This document shows positions 57,208-64,000 of a DNA stretch of 64,000 nucleotides, piece by piece. The notes under the pieces are model-generated. The model had not been told where the DNA came from. It ran no database searches and saw nothing but the letters and a program-made list of their open reading frames with translations. Every line of letters begins with the position of its first letter. Within the stretch, counting starts at the first letter, position 1. Source of the stretch: an uncultured bacterium. GTDB taxonomy: Bacteria; Desulfobacterota_D; UBA1144; Nemesobacterales; UBA2774. The stretch is taken from assembly GCA_963825135.1 (NCBI GenBank), contig CAWGRW010000009.1, positions 2,208,001 to 2,272,000 of the forward strand, given 5' to 3'. Both the position numbers and the translations under genes were made by a program.

Positions 57208-58416
57208 ATGGAAAATGAAATTTCCGAAGACCCGGCAGCCATGACGGATGCCGCGCCCGCGACTATTCTCGTCGTGGACGACGACCCGGATTTAGAGCTC
57301 CTCGTGACCCAGAAGTTCAGGCGTCAGATAAGGAACGACGAGTTTCATTTCATATTCGTCCGCAGAGGGGAGGACGCGCTCGAAAAACTGAGGGAGAACG
57401 ATATCGATGTCCTCATCACCGATATCAAGCTACCGGGCATGGACGGCCTCACCCTTATATCGAGACTCAAGGCCGAATACCCGCTCATCAGGTCGGTCAT
57501 CATCTCCTCGTACGGGGACATGAGGACTATCAGGAGGGCGCTCAACCTGGGCGCGTTCGACTTCCTTACGAAGCCCATAGACTTCGACGACCTTGGCATC
57601 ACTATTACGAAAACAATAGAAGAGGCGCTCGCCCTGAAACAGGCCGTGCATGACAGGGAGCGCCTCGCCGCGATTCGGCAGGAACTGGACATCGCCCGGA
57701 GGATACAGCTCTCCATGATCCCCGGGATATTCCCCGCATACCCGGAAAGGGGGGAATTCGAGATATTCGGCGAGATAATTACGGCCCGCGACGTGGGCGG
57801 CGACTTCTATGATTTCTGCATGATCGACGACGACAGGCTCTACTTCTCGATCGGGGACGCGTCCGGCAAGGGAGTGCCGGCCGCTCTTTTCATGGCGGTC
57901 ACGAGGACCATGGTCAAAGCCGACGCCGTAAAGGGCCTCCCTCCCGACAGGTGTCTTTCCGAAGCGAACAGGATACTCTGCATGGAGAACGAGTTCTCGA
58001 TGTTCATCACTGTATGGACGGGAGTTCTGAATACGAAGACCGGTGAAATAATATATTCTAACGGAGGGCATAAGCTCCCGTTCATTATCCGCGGAGGGAG
58101 CGGGCCGGAGACGCTCGATAACACCGAGGGCATTGCGCTCGGCGTGATAGGAGGAGATTCGCTCTACGGGTTGCGGAGCGTGAAGCTCGAGCCCGGGGAC
58201 GGTATAATACTCTACAGCGACGGTGTGACCGAGGCGATGGATAAGGACGGGAACCTGTTTACGGACAAGAGGCTCAAGGACTTGCTCGCGAATAACGGTT
58301 TTGAGAACCCTCGTGATACGGTCGGTAAGATATTGAGGGATGTCGAAGAGTTTTCCCGCGGGGTCCACCTTAGAGACGACATTACGCTACTTGCGATCAG
58401 ATATAACAAGTCATGA
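57208..58416 (+). CDS. Receiver-domain PP2C/SpoIIE phosphatase (RsbU-like)
   Basis: VVDDD, DIKLPGMDG, VGGDFYD, GDASGKGVPAA, YSDGVTEA, DDIT. Confidence 0.92.
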   Translation: MENEISEDPAAMTDAAPATILVVDDDPDLELLVTQKFRRQIRNDEFHFIFVRRGEDALEKLRENDIDVLITDIKLPGMDGLTLISRLKAEYPLIRSVIISSYGDMRTIRRALNLGAFDFLTKPIDFDDLGITITKTIEEALALKQAVHDRERLAAIRQELDIARRIQLSMIPGIFPAYPERGEFEIFGEIITARDVGGDFYDFCMIDDDRLYFSIGDASGKGVPAALFMAVTRTMVKADAVKGLPPDRCLSEANRILCMENEFSMFITVWTGVLNTKTGEIIYSNGGHKLPFIIRGGSGPETLDNTEGIALGVIGGDSLYGLRSVKLEPGDGIILYSDGVTEAMDKDGNLFTDKRLKDLLANNGFENPRDTVGKILRDVEEFSRGVHLRDDITLLAIRYNKS

Positions 58417-58826
58417 ATTCCGATCTATCGATCCGGCTCAAGAACCGTTTCAGCGAATTGAGGCGTCTCAAGGGCGAGCTCCATAAATACTGTGAGTTCA
58501 GGGAGCTGCCCTCGAACATCGTCTTCGCCATTACCCTCTCGCTCGACGAGGTAGTAACGAACGTCATTTCATACGGATACGACGACCACGACGAGCACCT
58601 CATAAACGTGACGCTCCGGTCGGGGAAGGGAATTATAGAGGTATCGGTCGAAGACGACGGAAAGCCGTTTAACCCCCTCGAATTCAGTACGCCCGATCTT
58701 AAATGCCCGCTCGACGAATGGCCCATAGGCGGGCTCGGCATATATCTGGTCAAGACCTATATGAACGAGCTTGAGTACGAGAGGGCAGGGGGAAAGAACC
58801 GGCTCACGCTGAGAAAGTGGATATGA
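58413..58826 (+). CDS. Anti-sigma/serine kinase (RsbW-like ATP-binding protein)
   Basis: DEVVTNVISYG, DDGKPFNP, GGLGIYLV. Confidence 0.9.
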   Translation: MNSDLSIRLKNRFSELRRLKGELHKYCEFRELPSNIVFAITLSLDEVVTNVISYGYDDHDEHLINVTLRSGKGIIEVSVEDDGKPFNPLEFSTPDLKCPLDEWPIGGLGIYLVKTYMNELEYERAGGKNRLTLRKWI

Positions 58827-58933
58827 ACCAGTGGGTCGTCAAAAAGGCCCGCGCGAGATCCTCTCGCGGACGAGTTCCCCATAGCGTGTGCATTAGCTAG
58901 TCCGCCCTTCGGGCTGCAAGCCGGTTTAAGAGG

Positions 58934-59758
58934 TCAGTCGCGGAATTCCAGTTTGTAGTCTCTTTCATGGACTAAGTTAGGTGAATCGAGACCGGTTACC
59001 GGGTATGACCTTTCGGAAGGTCTTTCCCGTCCCGGGGAGAGCTCCTTACTTTCGAATGTCATCTCTATCGTCGTGGGTATTCCCCGTTGGTCCAGCCCGT
59101 CGTAATTATTAACGTGGACGTGAACGATATAGAAGGATTTACCCAGGTCGTCTAGATGGCACCTGACTGTATCCATCATTGTATACAAATGATGGAACTC
59201 GACTACTATCCCGGTTAGTCTCTCATAGTAGTCCTTGAGTCCGTAAAGCGAGCGGTACTCCCATCCTTCTATATCCATTTTGATGAAGACCCTGTCTCGA
59301 GCGGGAATTCTGGCAAAGATTTTTCTGAAATCCGTATAATACTCCGGGTCGTCGCCGATTTTTTCCGTAAAGTGCTTTCTGTTTCCCGAGAAAAAAGCTC
59401 GGTATTTTAGCGGCATTAAAATGTTCGGCATATGAAGTGTTCTGGTGTTGCTGATACGCAGGGTCCTGAGGAATAGTCTCATGTTTCGTATAGCGTCTCT
59501 GGTGAAGCGCCTCAGGCCAATGGTGTGGTCGTAGCAGTGAACGGGGATGCCTCTTCGCTTGTGAAAATCGGCCTCGAAAGCCCAATCCGTTCCGATCCCC
59601 AGACCAACGAGGAAATCCGTATGCTCGATAATATTTTTCGTTACGATATACCCGCCGTCGTGATAAGACCCCAGTCTCACAAGGTCATCGCGGTGCCTGG
59701 GCATCCACGCTGAAGGCAGATACGCGACACTCGATTGCTCGGAAGTATTCTCATTCAT
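58934..59758 (-). CDS. FkbM-like methyltransferase domain protein
   Basis: RLGSYHDGGY, GIGTDWAFE, FIKMDIEGWE, VEFH. Confidence 0.75.
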   Translation of the reverse strand: MNENTSEQSSVAYLPSAWMPRHRDDLVRLGSYHDGGYIVTKNIIEHTDFLVGLGIGTDWAFEADFHKRRGIPVHCYDHTIGLRRFTRDAIRNMRLFLRTLRISNTRTLHMPNILMPLKYRAFFSGNRKHFTEKIGDDPEYYTDFRKIFARIPARDRVFIKMDIEGWEYRSLYGLKDYYERLTGIVVEFHHLYTMMDTVRCHLDDLGKSFYIVHVHVNNYDGLDQRGIPTTIEMTFESKELSPGRERPSERSYPVTGLDSPNLVHERDYKLEFRD

Positions 59759-59938
59759 GATCGAACACCGTACCTGCATTATACTCTCTCAATAGTTGAG
59801 GAGTAAATTCTTAATCACACTAAACGAATTCCTCTTGATGACCGGAAGGAATTTATCGGGTTCGCTCCTTCCGGTTTCTCTCTATTGAGACTATAATTAC
59901 CCGGCAAACCCCATTTTCAAAACCGGAGGTCGCTAATT

Positions 59939-61033
59939 ATGGTCAAGTCCGCAAAAACAAAATCCAGGAGGAATAAGGGGAAGTCCGGCAAAAAATCATC
60001 AAAGGGAAATCCGTTGCAGTTTACATATGATCTCGAAGGTCAGAAGCCAGCGGTATGGAAGGCCGGGAATTCAAGAGAGGTCTCGGTAAGGGAGCTGCCC
60101 ATATCGAAGGGAATCGCGGGCGTTTCGATGCGGCTGAAACCGGGCGGCATACGCGAGCTCCACTGGCACGCGATCGCCGCCGAATGGGGATTCTTTATAA
60201 CGGGTAGCGCAAGGGTCACAGTCCTCAATCCCGACGGCGAGTGGGATACGCAGGAGTACGGCCCGGGGGATATATTCTTCATACCGATGGGACACGCCCA
60301 TTATATAGAAAGCATCGGAGAGGGGGAATGCCATTTCATACTAGCTTTCAATAACGGGGCTTTCAACGAGTTCAGCACGTTCAGTGTTACGGAGTGGATC
60401 GCTCAGACCCCGAAAGAGGTGCTGTCCAAAAATTTCGGAGTCCCCGGGAAGCTGTTCGATAAATTTCCCAAGAAAGAAGTTTACATGGCTCAAGGGCCAA
60501 TTCCCGGGAAGAAGTCCCTCGGGCGAAGGAGCGCGCAGAACACAGCCAAGCTCAGCCACAAGTTCCCCCTGCGGGCCCAGGAGGGAGAGGTCTATCCGGG
60601 GGGGACGGTAAAGCTGGCTACAGTGGATAATTTCCCCATCTCGGATAATATGGCCGGTGCGCTCATGACCCTCAAGCCGGGCGCCCTCAGGGAGATGCAC
60701 TGGCATCCGAACGCCAGTGAATGGGGGTTTCTATTAAAAGGTAAGATAAGAATCACTCTCTTTGCGGCGGACGAGGGATCGTTCACTGAGGAGATCGGGC
60801 CGGGCGAGGTGTTTTATATCCCTCAGGGGTGCGGTCACTATCTTGAAAATACCGGAGCCAAGGAAGCGGAGATTCTGCTGGTATTCGATAACGGCGTGTA
60901 TCAGGAAATAAGCATATCGGAGTGGATAGCGGATACGCCTCCCGAAGTCGTTTCCGCTGTTTTCGGTGTGCCCGAGAAGGTCGTTAAGGAATTCCCGAAG
61001 GAGGAAGTATTTATCTCCGGCAAAAGCCGGTAA
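59939..61033 (+). CDS. Oxalate decarboxylase-family bicupin
   Basis: GIRELHWH...AEW and GALREMHWHPNASEW cupin motifs. Confidence 0.88.
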   Translation: MVKSAKTKSRRNKGKSGKKSSKGNPLQFTYDLEGQKPAVWKAGNSREVSVRELPISKGIAGVSMRLKPGGIRELHWHAIAAEWGFFITGSARVTVLNPDGEWDTQEYGPGDIFFIPMGHAHYIESIGEGECHFILAFNNGAFNEFSTFSVTEWIAQTPKEVLSKNFGVPGKLFDKFPKKEVYMAQGPIPGKKSLGRRSAQNTAKLSHKFPLRAQEGEVYPGGTVKLATVDNFPISDNMAGALMTLKPGALREMHWHPNASEWGFLLKGKIRITLFAADEGSFTEEIGPGEVFYIPQGCGHYLENTGAKEAEILLVFDNGVYQEISISEWIADTPPEVVSAVFGVPEKVVKEFPKEEVFISGKSR

Positions 61034-61038
61034 TTGTA

Positions 61039-61758
61039 TTATCGGTCGTCCCCGTAGTTGAGGAGTAAATTCTTAACGACTTCGAACGAATTCCTGGCGA
61101 CGACCGGAAGGAATTTATTGAAGTCGGATGCCGCGGTCCCGTCCGCCCTGTCCGAGACCGTCCTTACTATGATAAAAGGGATTTTATTGAGGGTGCATAC
61201 CTGGGCTATCGAGCCGCCTTCCATCTCGATCGCGTCCCCGTGAAGCTCGTCTGTAAGATATTTGTGCTCGTTCATCTCTTTCTTTGTGATAAACTGGTCG
61301 CCCGTGAGTATCCTGCCCGTGATTATCTTCTGTCTTCTCAGTCTCGTGGCGCAAGCGATTTTGAGGAGATTCTCGTCGGCCTTGAATTCCCTGAGCTCCG
61401 TATAGGGTATGGCCCCCCGCATAAATCCGAGCGCCTGGACGTCGACGTCGTGCTGGATGCAGGTTTCGCTCAAAACGACGTCGCCGATGTCGAGCTCTCC
61501 GTTGAGCGCCCCGGCTACGCCCGTGAATACGACGGCGTCCGGGCCATAAATATCAATGAGCCTCTCGCACACCATCGCGGCGAAGACTTTGCCCACGCCC
61601 GATTTCACTATAACGGCGTCCTGACCGAACAAAACGGCCTCGTGGAACGTTATCCCGTTCCAATCCGTCTTCTTCTTCGGCTCCGAGCTCTTGAGATACT
61701 GAGTGATCTCGGCATCCATAGACCCGATAATGCCGATAGTTTTCTTATGTCTGACCAT
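61039..61758 (-). CDS. mtnN: 5'-methylthioadenosine/S-adenosylhomocysteine nucleosidase
   Basis: SGVGKV, TGVAGAL, TGDQF, EMEGG, RTVSDRADG. Confidence 0.92.
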   Translation of the reverse strand: MVRHKKTIGIIGSMDAEITQYLKSSEPKKKTDWNGITFHEAVLFGQDAVIVKSGVGKVFAAMVCERLIDIYGPDAVVFTGVAGALNGELDIGDVVLSETCIQHDVDVQALGFMRGAIPYTELREFKADENLLKIACATRLRRQKIITGRILTGDQFITKKEMNEHKYLTDELHGDAIEMEGGSIAQVCTLNKIPFIIVRTVSDRADGTAASDFNKFLPVVARNSFEVVKNLLLNYGDDR

Positions 61759-61808
61759 GGATAAGTATCAAAAAGTCCGCAGTGGCTAATTACAATTTCG
61801 GGATTCTA

Positions 61809-62351
61809 TTATTCAGGGTTAATTTCGTACCACATACCCTTCTGGTACCCCTGCTTGTCAACTTCCGTGAACTGCTTTCCGGCAACGGGAGTCGTGCCGC
61901 TGCAAGTCCACTCATAAATAGTGGAGTGACCCGTTACGTACATCGGTATAAAATCGGAGCCGGAGTTTTCCTTGCAGTAGTCCTTCATCCCCTGCGTCGG
62001 TTCCTTATTCACGTCGGCTTTTTCCTCGCACGGTATGTTCGCCCCTACGTTGCAGGCATAGACTTCACCGTCCATACAGCGCCAGTACGTTCCCCTTACG
62101 AATGTGTCGAGCGGGGCGGATTCGGGCGAGCCCCATTGCTTTTTGAGCGCCTTTGCTATGGATTCGGGCACCGGGGGGCCGGTGTATTCCTTCCCGGGAG
62201 CGTCGATCGTGCCGACGGCCCTGCAGTATGCGAACGGGCTGTCGTAGGTTTTGCCCACGTCGGAGCCGGTCTCGCCTGCGCTGCACGATAGCGCGGTCAG
62301 TATAAGTACGGCGGGTAATGTAAATAATAACAGTATGGAATGAGTCCTCAT
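61809..62351 (-). CDS. Cys-containing lipoprotein of unknown function
   Basis: Lipobox ALSC; YCRAVGTID, WRCMDG, CNVGANIPC. Confidence 0.75.
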   Translation of the reverse strand: MRTHSILLLFTLPAVLILTALSCSAGETGSDVGKTYDSPFAYCRAVGTIDAPGKEYTGPPVPESIAKALKKQWGSPESAPLDTFVRGTYWRCMDGEVYACNVGANIPCEEKADVNKEPTQGMKDYCKENSGSDFIPMYVTGHSTIYEWTCSGTTPVAGKQFTEVDKQGYQKGMWYEINPE

Positions 62352-62543
62352 CTTCGTCTCCTTGATTTTTAGTGAACCGGCCATAATTACCTGCTTAAAC
62401 CCAATTAGCAATTATAACGCAACCGGTTAAATATACTAAATCATTGTCCTGATAATCCGCTCCCGATTGCCGGTTTGAGAGATTGCACAAGGATGTACCT
62501 CAGGGGCTTTCATGTTCTTGATAAGGGCTATATAATTTGCAAA

Positions 62544-64000
62544 ATGCTCAATAGAACGGGACTCATATTATTCCTGTCCGTCTTTTTGGCGGTATTGATA
62601 GCGTGTGAAGAGGATAAAGGAGACAACAGTCTCCCCCCCGACCCCAAGGACTGGGTATGCGAAAGCTCGCTTGTAGAGCCCACTCAGGAGGAGATCGAGC
62701 AATTTTGCGCGTCTGCCGACCACGGTCTGCCCGCTCCGGACTTTCTCAGGGACCCGTCCCCGTTTTCCCGTCTCGACGACAAGAATATGTATGACACCCG
62801 GATGCAGGATTTTCTAAGAGCTAAGGGATATGTTAACGAGCTCGGGTGGCCCGGCGATTTAAACTGGCGCCTTACAGGTCCGTATGTGGGGCCTATCGGC
62901 AGCGGGCAGGCTTACGGTGTGCACCCCGCGGTCAGACTCTACTATTCCCCGGAAGTCGTGGATTGGCTCTGCGGCGGCAGGGTAACCGAAATCCCCGACG
63001 GCGCGATCATAGTGAAGGAGATGCATTCGATTAATGCGAACCTCGGCATCACTCTCGATTCCGAAGGGTGCATGGTGATAAACGCCGATGTAGAACCCGA
63101 TTCCTGGACGATAATGGTCAAGCAGAAGGATGAATCCCTCGACGGCTGGTACTGGGGAAATTATGTAATAAAATACGACCCTCCCACGGCTAGCTGGCAG
63201 GTCGGGAACCCGCCCATATTCGATATTTCCGCCGTCACGAGCGACGAGTTTTTCGGAGGTCAGGCCGTACCGCTTGAGCCCAATCCGCTCTGGTACCCCA
63301 CGGGTTACGTTTACGAAAGCAGTAACAAACTGCCCGACATTGTTCCGGCGACCAGCGATTACGGGAACTATTGCATAAACTGCCATGCCTCCGCCGAAAG
63401 CGAGCAGACTTTCACCTCGCTCGACAATATACTGACCCCGGGAATCAGGTACAAACACTACGGATCGCTTAAGGCGAGTAATGTCCAGCGCAGCTACAAT
63501 GACCCGGGCCCGGTATACGGCCCCGGAGGGATTGCTCCGGAGAATGTCCGGCCCGGCCTCAGGTCGGAGGGTGAGGTCGACAACTACGATTCGCCTTTCT
63601 CTGTGCCGCTTCCCGGGCCTGCTCCCGAATTCCTTGCATTCTATGATCAGCTCGGGATGGTGACATTCCCTGATGTGTGGGACTTACGTCTTCCGGCGGA
63701 AACCTACGACCATATCGTTTCCGGGACGGGTGCTGACGACGAATTTATTACGTCCGACCAGTGCGCGGGTTGCCATGACGCGTCGTTCCTGAACTCCGCG
63801 CTTCCGAATATGATCTTTGAGGAGCCCGGCCCGGACGGAACGAATTATATCAACCTTTCGCCTTACAGCGAGTGGAAGGCGTCGCCGATGGGGCTTGCCG
63901 GGCGCGACCCGGTCTTTTTCTCGCAGCTGCAGAGCGAGACGAATAATCTTCCTGAGCTCACGGAATGTATTGAAACCACCTGCCTTCATTGTCACGGCGT
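62544..64000 (+). CDS. Lipoprotein with a cytochrome P460-like domain fused to a multiheme domain (3' end outside window)
   Basis: Open frame from ATG 62544 to the window edge; lipobox LIAC; PDGAIIVKEMH, DGWYW, CINCH; then CAGCH, EWKASPMGLAGRDPVF, CLHCH. Not in the ORF track. Confidence 0.82.
   Translation, partial: MLNRTGLILFLSVFLAVLIACEEDKGDNSLPPDPKDWVCESSLVEPTQEEIEQFCASADHGLPAPDFLRDPSPFSRLDDKNMYDTRMQDFLRAKGYVNELGWPGDLNWRLTGPYVGPIGSGQAYGVHPAVRLYYSPEVVDWLCGGRVTEIPDGAIIVKEMHSINANLGITLDSEGCMVINADVEPDSWTIMVKQKDESLDGWYWGNYVIKYDPPTASWQVGNPPIFDISAVTSDEFFGGQAVPLEPNPLWYPTGYVYESSNKLPDIVPATSDYGNYCINCHASAESEQTFTSLDNILTPGIRYKHYGSLKASNVQRSYNDPGPVYGPGGIAPENVRPGLRSEGEVDNYDSPFSVPLPGPAPEFLAFYDQLGMVTFPDVWDLRLPAETYDHIVSGTGADDEFITSDQCAGCHDASFLNSALPNMIFEEPGPDGTNYINLSPYSEWKASPMGLAGRDPVFFSQLQSETNNLPELTECIETTCLHCHG

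Noticed and set aside
42901..58368. Long antisense ORFs (e.g. 42901-44049, 52233-53495, 57430-58368; similarly 588-1415 and 9523-10617)
   Set aside because: They shadow well-supported genes on the opposite strand, as expected in GC-rich coding DNA, and show no motifs.
62525..62541. sigma54-like sequence before the P460 fusion gene
   Set aside because: GG-to-GC spacing is off by one and it abuts the start codon.

Overview
Bacterial chromosomal window, GC-rich in most genes with AT-richer intergenic and islet segments. The IPTL-CTERM protein, futalosine-pathway genes and fused ccoNO would fit a Desulfobacterota/Dadabacteria-like organism, but this is inference only. The window is dominated by respiration and heme. 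(1) An 8-gene minus-strand porin-cytochrome cluster (5255-11647) encodes an OmcA/MtrC-like decaheme lipoprotein, a diheme lipoprotein, a beta-barrel porin, heptaheme, tetraheme and monoheme cytochromes, a NapC/NirT quinol dehydrogenase and a small membrane protein. It has about 28 heme motifs and no MtrA-type decaheme. (2) A cbb3 oxidase operon (ccoI-S-NO-Q-P-G-DsbD-like) converges on a FixL-like PAS kinase and a sigma54 activator. (3) hemY and an AhbD/NirJ-like radical SAM gene are divergently transcribed. (4) A candidate sigma54 regulon is readable directly from the DNA: six -24/-12 promoters are associated with five TGTC-N9-GACA palindromes (one with a single mismatch, one shared by two promoters). 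(5) tRNA-His is followed by two copies of its 3' end, delimiting two integrase-less islets; one carries a TsdA-like diheme cytochrome. (6) Housekeeping genes include ychF, pyrD, argJ, recO, mgtE, menaquinone genes and mtnN, plus a partner-switching module and a cytochrome P460/multiheme fusion running off the right edge. Five single-base frameshifts in short homopolymers (one in argJ) suggest long-read assembly errors. All calls come from reading motifs by eye; no searches were run.
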